Source: Balamuthia mandrillaris (Eukaryota). Taken from it: a stretch of 64,000 nt of DNA. Location of the stretch: the NCBI GenBank assembly GCA_031835245.2, contig JAVKOQ020000010.1, forward strand, positions 186,001 to 250,000. The letters are read 5' to 3'. The notes under the pieces were generated by a model that was not told where the DNA came from, searched no databases, and saw only the letters and a list, made by a program, of their open reading frames with translations. Positions within the stretch are counted from its first letter, which is position 1. Each line of letters opens with the position of its first letter. Below, piece after piece: positions 1 through 11,888 of the stretch. Position numbers and translations under genes: made by a program.

Positions 1-504
1 CAGCCAAGGGAGACAGTGCGAGAGGCCATTGTACGGTTGGGTGCCATCCTTAAGGAGGAACGCAAAGCGCTGGGAATAAAAGAGGCCTCCCAGTCACCAA
101 CCTATCAAGCCACGAAGCAACAGCTAGACCAGCTGACAGGAGCAGCAGGCAGTCTCATGGACCAAGGCTGGACCAACGTCTATGACTATACAAAGGAGAG
201 AGTTGCTAGCTCGCTTCCGAGTTCCTCTTCATCACCATCCTCTTCTACTTCTTCTTGTTCTTCTTCTTCTTCTTCTTCTTCTTCGCTGTCGTCTTCTGCA
301 GCAGAATCCGGAAGCAGAGAAGTACAATGGGAGTACAAGATGAAGGCGGATGGGGAGATTTTTGGACCCTATCCCACTCACATCATTCAGCAGTGGGTGA
401 AGCAAGGCTTCTTCTTTGGGGAAAACGTGGCGCTGATACGGCAGGTGGCTCCCGCAGGGCAGTCTCCCCGCCCCTTTCGCCCTTCCGATACCATCCAATG
501 GTGA
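1..504 (+). CDS. CD2BP2: CD2 antigen cytoplasmic tail-binding protein 2 / U5-52K (Lin1/Snu40) homolog, 3' part
   Basis: C-terminal GYF domain (WEYKMKADGEIFGPYPTHIIQQWVKQGFF) preceded by QLDQLTGAAGSLMDQGWTNVYDYTKE, typical of this family; 5' end lies outside the window. Confidence 0.8.
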   Translation, partial: QPRETVREAIVRLGAILKEERKALGIKEASQSPTYQATKQQLDQLTGAAGSLMDQGWTNVYDYTKERVASSLPSSSSSPSSSTSSCSSSSSSSSSLSSSAAESGSREVQWEYKMKADGEIFGPYPTHIIQQWVKQGFFFGENVALIRQVAPAGQSPRPFRPSDTIQW

Positions 505-816
505 TGAACGCAGTCCATCACCAGCCACAAAGGAAGAGGGGGGGGGGCTCTCATGTATGTAAGTTGATGGCAACGCTGGTTGAAGTGGTACAGAAGGAGA
601 CGTGCTATCCTTTTCTCTATTGTATAAACAAACATGCTTATCCTCATCCTTCCATCTTCTTCTGCTTGTGACATGTGCACTCCAAAATGCTCTAGAAATA
701 GAGGCCAAAGAGGGTATACTGTATGCTGTACAAGAAGCACAACAACAACCACAATGACAACAAGTTTATTAGTATCCTAATGGTCGTGGTTGGGTTGGTG
801 ATGGTAGTGGAGTGGA

Positions 817-1452
817 TTAGTGTGGTTGGCGTTGGCGCAACGCCCCTTGCTCTTCTTCTGTCTCTCCTTCTTGCAGTTGCTGCGTGTTGGTGGGAACAGA
901 GGAAGAAGAGGAGGAAGAGGAGGAAGAGGAAGTGGTGGCATGGTCTTGGGCTTGCTCGTCCGAAACAAGGTAGCCAACAAGGTCATACTTCATTTCGAAG
1001 CTCTGCTCCCAGTCGTTGAGGGCGTCGAGCTCAGACCAGGAAAGACCCTCCAGGGAGGTATTGTCCATGTCTTTCTCTTCAAGGCTGCCAAGGGCCAAGG
1101 CACGGCTGGCGTCACGTCCTGCAAAGAGGTGGTAGGGTCCACCGGGTCCATAGAACTGGGGTCTGCTGGAGACGTCATAGATGCGTCCCTTTATGCAGAC
1201 ATAGATGGGCGTGTCTTGGCTGCTTCCGTCGTACTTGCGCAGCTCTTGGGCAGTGAAGTTGCGCGGGATGGGCTTGGGGCGGGGTTGATAGGTGGGTCGG
1301 GTGGCTGGGGGAGGCGCCCTTGCCGACAAGAATATTTCCTTGAGCAACCAAAGGATTACAGCCAGCAGCATGCCGTAGACTATGACTTCCCAGGTGGCCA
1401 GCTCATGCACCTCTCCCTCTACCGGGTTTTTCACGTCGTTTAGTGGTTCCAT
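817..1452 (-). CDS. Membrane-associated progesterone receptor (MAPR/PGRMC/Dap1) family, cytochrome b5-like heme/steroid-binding protein
   Basis: N-terminal TM helix then FTAQELRKYDGS...IYVCIKGRIYDVSSRPQFYGPGGPYHLFAGRDASRALA...WEQSFEMKYDLVGYL; first ATG at 1452. Confidence 0.9.
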   Translation of the reverse strand: MEPLNDVKNPVEGEVHELATWEVIVYGMLLAVILWLLKEIFLSARAPPPATRPTYQPRPKPIPRNFTAQELRKYDGSSQDTPIYVCIKGRIYDVSSRPQFYGPGGPYHLFAGRDASRALALGSLEEKDMDNTSLEGLSWSELDALNDWEQSFEMKYDLVGYLVSDEQAQDHATTSSSSSSSSSSSVPTNTQQLQEGETEEEQGALRQRQPH

Positions 1453-1805
1453 TGCAGCGGCAGCAGCAGTAGCACAAGCAGCAGTAGTACAAGCAGGAGG
1501 AGGCAGCAAGGAAAACGTTGTAGCGCTCTCGGTTGAGGAGGAGGAGGAGGAGGAGGCCAGGCAGCTGGCAGGCGGTGGCGGTGTGGTGAGCTTCCACGAG
1601 GTGGTGGGTGAGGAGTGGGGCGGCGCATTGGGGGGGTGTCAATGACCAATGCTTGGGGGGTGGGGCTTCCCGTTTGTTGACCTAATATGATAATAGCATC
1701 CCCATTTGCTGACCTTGCTCGTATGTTCGCAGGAGATGCCAGCTAACGCAGCGCTGCTCTTCTTGGCAGGCTCTTCGCATAATAGAGGACTCGCATAGCA
1801 GCAGC

Positions 1806-4148
1806 ATGGGTAACGCGCCAAGTGCGGCAACAGAGCAGCCGCCTTTTCTGGAGCAGCGTGTGGAGCTCCTAGAAAAGGAGTTGGCACAACTGAAAGAACT
1901 GCTATCGGCACATGAAGCACTCAAGGGGTCTTCTTCAGCCAACAAGAGAAAGCGTAAGCAACAAAGTTTAGCGGAGGAGGAAGGGAAGAGGGAGCAGGCT
2001 GGCTCGTCTGCTTATGAAGACGAAGGGGCAGAACGCGCCGAAGAGGAGGAGGAGGAGGAGAGGAGAGGAGGAGGAGGAGGAGGAGGAGGAGGAGGAGGAG
2101 GAGGAGGAAGAGCAAGTAGACGAATTGGTGCGCCTCGAGAGCCGTGGAAAACGGAAGAAGGCGAGAAGCGAAGCAAGCAGCCAACAAGGTTCGTTGTAGA
2201 AAGTTGAGACTCTGTACGGCCTTGTGGTTTTACGAAAAGTACTGGATTGCAGGAGAGAAGGGGCCGGAACTGCTGCCTGGACAAAAGGCCCCAAATTTCA
2301 CGGGAGTGGCCTTCACCCATGGTGATGGTGAGGCCAAATGGAAGCTTGGCACAGCGTTGCGAAAGCAGCAAGTAATTGTGCTTTTCTTTCTACCAAACCA
2401 CAAGGTTTCACCTCTTATTTGCTGCTCGACTCTTTTTCTTCTGGCTCATGGTCGCCCGGTTGGGTGCTGCACTTATGGTCAATGCTAACACAGGAAGCTA
2501 GCGCACAAGAAGCCAAGCTCTTCTCCAAATTGCTCCCCAAATTCACGAAAGCGGGCGCTACCGTGGTAGGTGTTTCATCAGTAAACGAGGTGAACACGGA
2601 GGGCGACCTCTCCTTGCCAGCATTCCTTTCTCAGAACAACATTCGCGGCCTGCCTATCATACGTGGTTTGTTACCGGGTGCTATTGTTGGAAGGTTGTAA
2701 GCTTCTCGTGTTTCACTCGTTAATTCCTTTTTACCCCTCCCCCCCAATGGACTGTGTGGCCTGCAACAGACAAAGAGCAACAAGTAAGTAAACTCTTCGG
2801 AGTATGGCAACCCAGAAGCAGCTGGGGTAAGGTCCACATGGCCGCCAATCGCAGCACATTCATTATTGACCCGAAAGGCATTGTACGTCGGGTCTTTCAC
2901 CTACGAACCCAAAAGACCATTGATGCTCATCCAGAGGCTGTCCTTGCCGCCGTAAAGGTATGACCCTATGTAACTGCATAATGCTTGGAAAGTAGAGCCT
3001 AACTATTATTTTTCAACTGCTGCGTTGATCAAAAAAAAACCAAAGGAGTTAGAGGCGAGCGATCACCCACATGAGCTTGTTGAGCTGAAGGTGGGGGATG
3101 TTGCACCGAGTTTCCGGGGCATCTCAGCAGATGGAAAGAAAGTTAAGTTGAGCGACTGGGCTGGCCGTCACTTGTATTTGTACTTCTTTACGGCCACCAA
3201 CAGCGAGGCGAACGAGAGACAGAACACCGAAATGTCCGCTGACTTTATTGCCTTCCAAGACATTGACGTGGACATCGTTGGTGTCAGTCCTCGCACTCAA
3301 GAGGACTTACAAGCTCTCCAGGTAGCTCATGATATTAGCTACACTCTTGTTTCCGATGTCGATCATAAGTAAGTAGCATAGCAATGGCTGCCACAGCCTG
3401 CTGTCGGTGATGATAGTTAATCATCTAATCTCTTACTTTACAGGATAGCAAACCTGTATGGCGCATGGAAGCAGCTCAATGTCTATGGAAATAAGTCGTG
3501 GGGCATTGATAGGACCAGCTTTTACATTGATGAGAAGGGAGTCATCCGCAAGATTTTTAACATTGCCAAAGTAGAAGGTAATGCTAGCCATGTTCTAGAC
3601 GCCATTCAGGAATGCAAGGAGTTGCAGCAACCCACCTACGTTGCAGAACTCAAGGTTGGGGACAAGGCTCCAACATTCCTCGCCAAGGACATCCACGACC
3701 AAAGCGTGAAGCTCAAAGACTTTATTGGAACGCCATTGGTCCTTTACTTTTGCCCAAAAGAAAGCGATACTTCTAAAGCAGAGCTTAGGGAATTATGTGA
3801 ATGCTCCGATGAGCTCAGTAGCAAAGGGGCGAGCGTGGTGGCTATTGTACCGGATAGCAAAGGCCTTCGCCTCGCCCAGTGTCCCTCCCTCATAGTCATT
3901 CCTGGTATATCCCTTCTCTACATCTGCCTCGTCCTTTCCTGACTTGCACATAATCCACAGATCCACACCATGAGCTAGCCTATCTGTATGGCACAAGGCG
4001 TAAGCTAAAGGCCTACGGAAAGGAATACTGGGGCATAGAGAGGAAGACCTTCATCATTGGCGCTAAGCAAGACATACACCACATCATCCACAGGAAGGGC
4101 AAAGTGGAGGGCCATGCGCAACAGGTGCTACAACACCTCCACCACTAA
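1806..4148 (+). CDS. Multi-exon protein with N-terminal coiled coil/acidic tract and three tandem AhpC/TSA (BCP/PrxQ-like) domains
   Basis: Three repeats of L(K/L)(V/P)G(D/Q)xAPxF...(V/Y)L(Y/F)F...(V/I)V(G/A)(V/I)...R(S/T/K)(T/S)F(I/Y)I; GT-AG introns between ORF pieces; apparent frameshift within the GAG run at ~2041-2110 (possible assembly error). Confidence 0.75.
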
Positions 4149-4550
4149 CCATTTTAACACTCGCAATTCCCTCTCCCTCCCTACTTCTCCACCGATAAAA
4201 TAAAATTCGTGTTGGGTTGGCGGCAAAAAAAAAGGGTTCTTGGGCACAATATTTTAACAAGCAGCAGTGTCAGCTTTCTGAACACCAAAACAAGAAAGCT
4301 CCCAAGCAAGATAAAGCAATGATAAAGAGGTGTCTACCCAACAGGCCAGACTCTTCTTCAGCATGTTGGTTCTCTGTCATCACTCACCACTCTTGGGAGC
4401 TTGGCTGCGTATCGAAAGTCGGTATTGGTAGGCGAGAGGAGGTGGGCGGTACAAAAAAAAGTGTGAGCAAAATAACCCACAAAAGGAGTTCAGCAAGTGG
4501 GCAGGGTAGCTTCAAAGACCGTCGTCACAGAACACCCAGTCCTGTAAAAG

Positions 4551-7373
4551 CTAGTTGGTAAGCTTCATAGGCCAGGCAGAAGGCTGCTGCTGTGATTGCT
4601 TGTGATCCTTGGTCCCATCAGCAGCCGCAGAAGCGGCAGCGGCGGCAGTTACGGATGCAATAAGAGCAGCGCGGGAGGGCAAATCCTTGCCCTCCGTCAA
4701 GAAGGTGATGTTGCAGGCTTGAGGTCTCCTGCCTTGGGCAAAGGCGGCACGTTGCTTGTAGCGGACCATCCTGCCACACAGGAAAGTGTCCCAATAACCA
4801 CATTTTTGGCTTCTGCTTACCCCTGGAGTGTCCTTCAACCACCAGTCCTCAAACCAGTCCCCTTCTGGGTCTATGTCCTTACGATGGAAGAAAATATCAA
4901 GATTTTGGCCATTAGACGGAGAGCTATTGTCCCACTGTTGAGAGATGAAGCCCCAGCAACCGTTGAACATCTTCAGGGTGCCAATTCTCCATTTGTTGGC
5001 CTGGTAACGGGTACGGTAGATTTCTTTCCACTTTTCGTTCTGTTGCAGGAAAGAGTGAATCCAAGCCCACTCCTCTTGGCGCGTGTCCCGCTTTTCATCA
5101 TCTTCATCGGAGGAGGCGGCTGCGGAGGCATCGGCCACGAGTTCCTTCTCCTCCGCAGCAGATTGAACGTTACTATTGGAGGCAGCAGCTACCTTAGCCG
5201 CATAGCTCATGGTCTTACCAACAGCGCCGTTCTCACGCGCTCTTGGCGACCTGGAAGAGGGTGATGATGACTGTTGGGATCTGGATGCAGCGACTTCCTC
5301 TGCAGTCAACTCGAACAGCTTCCATTTGGAGAGATATAACGCCTTCCAGAGAGAATTGTCGGAGGCCAAGGCTTGCAGCCTCCCTTTACACACGCACTCT
5401 ACGTGCGCCAATTCCTTGGCACCAAGGTAACCCAAAATCTTGAGCAAGATGTGGGAAGGGAGTTGAAGCAGCAGAGAGGAACTGTGGTTGGTGGAAAAGC
5501 CCAGGCCAAGCGAACTGGCGCCTGCGTAGAACAACAGGTCTTCTCCCATAGAACCAAAGAGGGGAGTGTCCCAACCGCCTCCATAGGAGGAGGATGGTGA
5601 AGACTGAAGGCTACCACGTGGGGAGTTGCTGCCCGACTGATGCTGATGCTGGTGGTAACGTGGAGAGAAAGTAGGACTGGTAGTGCCACTGCTTGCCCCG
5701 TAACGCTGGCCCGAACCGAAAACCGAATAGGAGAGATCATAGCTCTCTCCAGCGGTAGGAGCTCCGTTAATTGCCGAGAGATTGAGACTCAGTCCACCGC
5801 GCTGGCTCCCTATGACTCCTCCACTGCCATTGCTGCTGGCAAGGCCGCTGCTGCCCACACTGCCATAACGCTGATGGTGGTGGTGGCCACCGCGGCTGCG
5901 ACCAGAACTAGGGCTATTGCTGCCTGCTGATGTGGTAACAGTAATGGCCGTTGGCGTTGAGGAGCTCGTATTATAGGTGTTGCTTTGCATTGTCAAAAGC
6001 GGAGAACTGCTGCCCCCATGAAGCTGTTGCTGCTGCGAAGCGGGCAGAAAATGGAAGCTTTGTTGGTAGCTACTTCCAGTCACCGGTGTATCTTCTACGT
6101 GAGATGCATAGAAACCATTAGAATGATGACCATTGAACTGCAGCTGGGGATGATGGCTATTATGGTGTTGGTGATGATGGTGGTCTCCAAAAGAGGGGGC
6201 AGCAAGTCCATTCTGACCACGCAGTAGGGCTGGGCTGGAATAGGTTCGTTCCCTTCGCTCCCTGTTGCTTTGCATCATGGGGCGCGTAGAAGTGGACTGA
6301 GAGTGAGGGGTCCCACCCCCACCCCCACCCCCACCTCCACTCGCGGCATTGCGGCTGGAGTAGTACTTGTTGTATCCGGCTGTACTACTAGCTAGTGTTG
6401 CCGTAGGGGGGGCGTACAGGTTGTGTCCTCCTCTGGAGTGGGCCGACGTTGTTGCACCATTTGAAGTTGCAAAGTTGTCAGTGGGAGCATTGGTCTTAGA
6501 AGAAGCAGTAGCCGACTTTGCTAGGCCCCCTCTTTGCGGCTTGACAGCAGTGGTGTGGTCGTCTAATCTAAGGGAAGCAAGGCCGCCGTCCAAACTGGAT
6601 TCGTCAGAGAATAGGCTCTCTACCACTGAAAAGGAAGACCAGAAGGAGACATCGGACGTGCTGGCAGCCTTGGCGTGGTGATGGGGCCTTCCCCCTGGGG
6701 AGGAAATCATGGCATTACGCCGAGGGGAACTGGCGATTACATCCGTCCAGGGGCCTCCCAGAGAAGCTCTCCTACCAATAGAATGGGGCTTTCTGTTGCC
6801 CTCGGCCATGGATACAATTAGATCGGTCTCCTCTTCCTCCTCGGTTTCAACAGCCTCAGCTGCTCCTACCAAGTGTTGATAGTTTTGATGTTGGCGGTGG
6901 AGGTTTTGGAGGTCCTCCAAATAGTCCTCTTCTTCTCTTGGGAGCAGCCCTTCCGTGGGCGAGTGCAGCAAGTGCGAAGTCGGCTGGCTAGAAGTGGGGG
7001 TGCTGTTGGCGGAGGGGGAGGCCCAGGAGGGGAAGCCTGGAGGGGCAGACGCAGTCAAGGAGGGGGGAAGAGGGCTGGTGGAGTCTCCACCGTCCGGTGT
7101 TAACATCCCCGTAGGGGGCGCGGCTGCCTCGTAGCCTTGCCACCAGGAATATTTACTCCTGTCATAACTGTTCTTCCTCTCAGTAGTGCCGTTAGACTTT
7201 TGGTGGTGGTGGTGGTGGTTGTTGTTGTTGTTAGTACGCGGGTTATTGCTGTTGTTGGAGGCGAGGTTCCTCAGAAGGAGAGGAGACCCTCCTGCTCCCG
7301 AACTGGAAGAGGGCAATCCCGTGGGACCGTAGCTTCCCAAAGGACGGGCTGTCGAGGTTGGGCCGCGTTGCAT
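4551..7373 (-). CDS. Intronless 940-aa protein: low-complexity N-terminus, F-box, C-terminal cold-shock-like (OB-fold) domain
   Basis: F-box LLQLPSHILLKILGYLGAKELAHVECVCKGRLQALASDNSLWKALY; CSD-like IGTLKMFNGCWGFISQ...DIFFHRKDI...RPQACNIT. Confidence 0.75.
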   Translation of the reverse strand: MQRGPTSTARPLGSYGPTGLPSSSSGAGGSPLLLRNLASNNSNNPRTNNNNNHHHHHQKSNGTTERKNSYDRSKYSWWQGYEAAAPPTGMLTPDGGDSTSPLPPSLTASAPPGFPSWASPSANSTPTSSQPTSHLLHSPTEGLLPREEEDYLEDLQNLHRQHQNYQHLVGAAEAVETEEEEETDLIVSMAEGNRKPHSIGRRASLGGPWTDVIASSPRRNAMISSPGGRPHHHAKAASTSDVSFWSSFSVVESLFSDESSLDGGLASLRLDDHTTAVKPQRGGLAKSATASSKTNAPTDNFATSNGATTSAHSRGGHNLYAPPTATLASSTAGYNKYYSSRNAASGGGGGGGGGTPHSQSTSTRPMMQSNRERRERTYSSPALLRGQNGLAAPSFGDHHHHQHHNSHHPQLQFNGHHSNGFYASHVEDTPVTGSSYQQSFHFLPASQQQQLHGGSSSPLLTMQSNTYNTSSSTPTAITVTTSAGSNSPSSGRSRGGHHHHQRYGSVGSSGLASSNGSGGVIGSQRGGLSLNLSAINGAPTAGESYDLSYSVFGSGQRYGASSGTTSPTFSPRYHQHQHQSGSNSPRGSLQSSPSSSYGGGWDTPLFGSMGEDLLFYAGASSLGLGFSTNHSSSLLLQLPSHILLKILGYLGAKELAHVECVCKGRLQALASDNSLWKALYLSKWKLFELTAEEVAASRSQQSSSPSSRSPRARENGAVGKTMSYAAKVAAASNSNVQSAAEEKELVADASAAASSDEDDEKRDTRQEEWAWIHSFLQQNEKWKEIYRTRYQANKWRIGTLKMFNGCWGFISQQWDNSSPSNGQNLDIFFHRKDIDPEGDWFEDWWLKDTPGVSRSQKCGYWDTFLCGRMVRYKQRAAFAQGRRPQACNITFLTEGKDLPSRAALIASVTAAAAASAAADGTKDHKQSQQQPSAWPMKLTN

Positions 7374-7954
7374 CCCTCCCCACCGTTTTCAAAGGCAGCT
7401 GCTAGGTAAAGCGGTTTGCTGCTGGAAAAGGGGGGGGAAGGCAAAATATTGCGTTAGCTAACCGTGCCAAACAATTTGTTTGGAGTAACAATATGGCAAG
7501 TCGCAAGCGCACCCTTTTTTTTTTTTTTGGCTGTTTTCAAAATGCCCAACTGGTCAAGGCAGAGGTTTAAAAAGGAGAGGGAGGGAGGGAGGGAGGGAGG
7601 CCCAATGCGGCGGGGTACGGACGCTCTGGCTGCGCAACTTGACCAATTTGCAACTTCTTTCTTCTGGCAGGAAAAATACGAAGAGAACAACAACAACAAG
7701 AATAAGACGACTGACGGAAGGCCGAGGCGTTGTCGTTTTCCCTTCACCAATTAAAATGCGCGTCAAGTGCTGTCAGCAAGGGGAAAAAGGGAGAGACAGC
7801 AACTCATTAATTAATTGACGGAATATTAATTAAACAATTACAATTATTTGCCTAAATTTAACTCTGCCTCCCACTGGTTGACGGAGTTTTTGAGACTCCG
7901 TTTTTATAGACAGGAGAGCGGACGTGAGAGTACCCCTAATCAGCCAACCAACTG

Positions 7955-10900
7955 TCATGCACCATGAGCAGAGTTTGGCGGGGCGTCCGTCAGAGCCTTG
8001 AGGATTGCGTGGAAGGAAGGACGGTCAACGGGGTCATGCGCCCAACACGGAGGTATAAGTTTGAAAAGAACTGGCGGAAACCAAGGAGGAGGGCTTTGGG
8101 GCAGAGGCAATCTCTCTCCATTGAAACCCACAAGGGCTACCACTACAATACCACCAAGCGAAACACGTTGTTAATAGTCCAGCTGGTACAGTGAAACACC
8201 AACAAACTAGTCTCTAAGAAAACAATCAAACCTTCAATTTGAGTTTTATCTTTCCATGGCATACGCTGCATCATCATTTCCTGTGGTCATTTTTTGTTAG
8301 AATTATTCTGCCACAGCTGCAAGTTGAAGTGGAGTAAGGCTAGTGAGGAAAAGTACCCAGAGAAGTACTCCAAAACTCCAAACATCACATTTTTCATCAT
8401 AGTCTTCCTGCTTTAGACACTCTGGGGCCATGTATGCTGGACTGAAGCTCGGTTAAAAGTGAAAGGAATGCGTGGTGGCAAGTGTTTAGGTAGGGGGGGG
8501 GGGGGCAGGGAAAGGAAGCAGAATATGGACTGAAAACAACAGTCGTACCTTCCAGCAAAGTTGGTCCCTAGATTGTCTACTATAATCGCCTCCTTAGAGC
8601 GTACCAAACCAAGATCAGATACTTTGACCTGGTTTAATTGTTGGTTAGGAGAGGAGCAGATATGATGATGAGAATGGATAACGGAAAGTATCATCGTTAG
8701 CACTGCTGCTATTTACCTTCATACTGAGGAAGACCATCAAGTAAATAGAAATAATAATAAGAAAGAGGAGTGAGTCTTGGTCACAAGCAATGTCAAATAA
8801 AGTAACCAAAATACGTACTTGGCATCGAGAAGAAGGTTCTCTGGCTTAAGGTCCCTATGGATGAGGGGTGGATTCATCTGGTGAAGGTAGTTCATGGCCC
8901 GTGCCGTGTCTCTGGCGATGTTGAATATTAACTCAGGGTTCATTATGCCGTTACTGAAGTTGCTGCCGTTCTGATTGCTGTTATTCCCAGTACCACTACT
9001 GGACGCCGGATAAAGAAGATCATAGACGCTTCCGTTTTCCATGAGTTCCATGATAAGGGCCATGTTGGGATAGGACAGTGACACCGCCATTAGTTGCACG
9101 ATGTTACCATGACGTAGGCGACTATGCATAAAGGTTTGCCAGTCAGTGGTAAGGGTGATACGAAATAAATGAAAGGCGAAGCAAAAGAGCAAAATGAACA
9201 AGCAGACCTCAAGAAGGCTGCCTCTTGTTGGAAGGTTTTCATAAAGTCTGGCTCTTCACTTTGATTTTTAATCTTTTTTACAGCGACAGTATCGCCTCTC
9301 CAAGTGGCTTTATAGACGTCAGCAAAGCCACCACTGCCTATCTTTTTATCTATCACCATGTCATCATATTCAATAACTGGCACCGCCGCTGATATAGCGT
9401 TCACTGTGGGGTGCAGCGCACGTTTACAACTTTGGGTGTTACAGATAGGAAGAAAGGGGAGGCAGAGAGATATAATTTAGGAGCAAACCTCGAAGCCTCT
9501 CTTCTTGGTCAGCAATTTGCTGCTCTCGTTTGGAGAGCGCCTGTTCCCGTTTGGTTAACGTAGCTTCTACGCGTTTTAGTTTTTGTTCTTTCATTTGTAC
9601 AAAACCCTCCTGCGAGTTCACTTGAGAAGGATGTAGTGAGACCCAAACGAAAGAACCAACGAGGAGAGGAAATCAAGACTTACCTCTCTCCTCCAGTTCC
9701 GCGAGTTCCTTTTCTTTCAGGAAGAGTTCTTGCTCTTTTCTCGCCAAGCTTTCCAGCCGCTGGGCTAGTCGTTCCTGTTCTTGTTGTAGCTGGGCAAAGC
9801 CTTCTTTTGTTTCTTGGTCAAAGTCTGGCAGCTGTGTAGAAGCCGCAATGCTATCTGTTGGCGTTGGCAGCGCATCTTCGTCGCTGTTTGCCTTGCTTTC
9901 CCCTTTGTCAGCGCTCTCTGCTCTGGACTGTTATTGATCATCAACGACTAAGTGATTCCGACCACACAAAGGCTGCAGGGGAGAGGAGAGGAGAGGAGAG
10001 GAGAGGAGAGGAGAGGAGAGGAGAGGAGAGGGGGGGGGGAGAGGAGAGGAGAGAGGAGAGAGGAGAGGGAGAGGAAGGAGAGGGAGAGGAGAGAGAGGAG
10101 AGGAGAGGAGAGGAGAGAGGAGAGGAAGGAGAGGGAGAGAGGAGAGAGGAGAGGAGGAGGAGAGAGAGGAGGAGAGAGAGGAGAGGAGAGGAGAGGAGAG
10201 GGAGAGGAGAGGAGAGGAGAGAGGAGAGGAGAGGAGGAGGAGAGGGGAGAGGAGAGGAGGAGAGGGGAGAGGGAGGGAGAGGAGAGGAGAGGAGAGGAGA
10301 GAGGAGAGGAGAGGAGAGGAGAGGAGAGGAGAGGAAACCTGAGAGGGAAGTGGCAGACAGGGGCTTACCAAAGATGAAGTAAAGCTAAAACTAGAAAAAA
10401 GACCCCACGAGGGTTTGCCTTTGATCTTTTTATCCTGTTTTTTGGCTGCCTTTAATCGAGAGACAACGTGCTTGTGGTTCTTGGCAAGGTCTAACGGCGT
10501 TTGTTTTCGGTTATTGCGGGCAGAAGGGGAGGCGCCGTGCTGTAAGAGAACGTCCACAAGGGAAAGACTGCCGTTGTGAGCAGCATAATGGAGAGCGGTC
10601 CACCCCATCGAGTCACGTATGTTTGTTTCTACCTCTCTTTCGAGGAGAAACCGTGCGCTCGCTTCCTTCTTATTTAATACAGCCCAGTGGAGGGGAGCAA
10701 ACCCTGCCGAGGCAGCACTACTGCGTCAGTTATCAGCGAAGCAGCAGGGAGGGAAGGGAAGGGAAGGGAAGGGAAGGGAAGGGAAGGGAAGGAAAGAAGG
10801 AAGGGAAGGAAGGGAAGGGAAGGAAGGGAAAGGAAGGAAGGGAAGGGAAGGAAGGGAAGGGAAGGAAGGGAAGGGAAGGAAAGGGAAGGGAAGGGAAGGG

Positions 10901-11888
10901 AAGGAAGGGAAGGAAGGAAGGGAGGAAGGGAAGGGAAGGAAGGAAGGAAGGGAAGAGGAAGGGAAGGGAAGGGAAGGGAAGGGAGGGAAGGGAAGGAAGG
11001 GAAGGGAAGGGAAGGGAAGGAAGGGAAGGGAAGGGAAGGGAAGGGAAGGGAAGGGAAGGGAAGGGAAAAGGAGCAGAGAAGAGAGTTATAAAGGAAAGAA
11101 GTGAATAAGAGAAAGGCGGTACCACTGTTTTCTTCCTTGTTGTTAAACTCCGCGCCTCTGTGGTAAAGGTAGTCCAGACGAGAGAGATCCTGCCTTAGAA
11201 CCGCATCCATGATTTCTTCAGTGGAGATAAGCTCCGCCAAGACCGCTCGCTTCCTCTCTTCGAGCAACGAGACATCGCTTGGTCGGCGCTCGATATGCCG
11301 ACTCCTTTCGTCTCGTCCACCGATGGTCTCCGCTGAGTTTGCGAGGGGCGGGGGCGAGGCTTTCTTTTTTGTCTTTGGTAATGAGGTATAGGAAGAAGAA
11401 AGCGAATCCGCCCTCAGGGTGAGGCTTTTCGGTGGGACAGGTCTAGCACCTGCTTTTTTGGGGCGGCTACTTTGTGGACTGCCCTGCTCTTTCCTTGTTT
11501 TGCGTTCCTTTGACGGCGAACTGCCCTGTTTCCAGTTGCTATCCTCCTTTTCCTTTTTCTCCTCCGTTTCCGTTTGCTTATCTTTATCTCCCTCGCCGTT
11601 CACCTTGTCCTTGTCCTTGTCCTTGTCCTTGTCCTTGTCCTTGTCCTTGTCCTTGTCCTTGTCCTTGTCCTTGTCCTTGTCCTTGTCCTTGTCCTTGTCC
11701 TTGTCCTTGTCCTTGTCCTTGTCCTTGTCCTTGTGCCCGTCCTCGTGCCCGTCGTCCTTATCCTTGCCCTTCTCGTCCTTCTCCTCGTCCTTCACCTTCC
11801 TCCGAACCTGGTCCGGTGTGGAAGTTTGCTCGTGGGGTGCGTTGGCATCATGAGTGAGGAGAGAGGGGCTCTCTTCATCTTGCATCAT
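7955..11888 (-). CDS. Ankyrin-repeat tyrosine-kinase-like (TKL) protein kinase, multi-exon
   Basis: Ankyrin [25 protein letters not shown]; kinase motifs [54 protein letters not shown]. Confidence 0.88.
9980..10335. repeat. (GAGAG)n-like polypurine microsatellite in a kinase intron
   Basis: ~350 bp of almost only G/A in the sequence. Confidence 0.95.
10748..11070. repeat. (GGGAA/GGAA)n polypurine microsatellite in a kinase intron
   Basis: ~320 bp of only G/A in the sequence. Confidence 0.95.
11603..11733. repeat. (CCTTGT)n coding hexamer repeat encoding poly-(DK)
   Basis: Perfect tandem hexamer; minus-strand translation DKDKDK... Confidence 0.95.

Noticed and set aside
9858..11125. Long ORFs rich in E/R/G or P/S/L/F
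   Set aside because: Translations of intronic microsatellites
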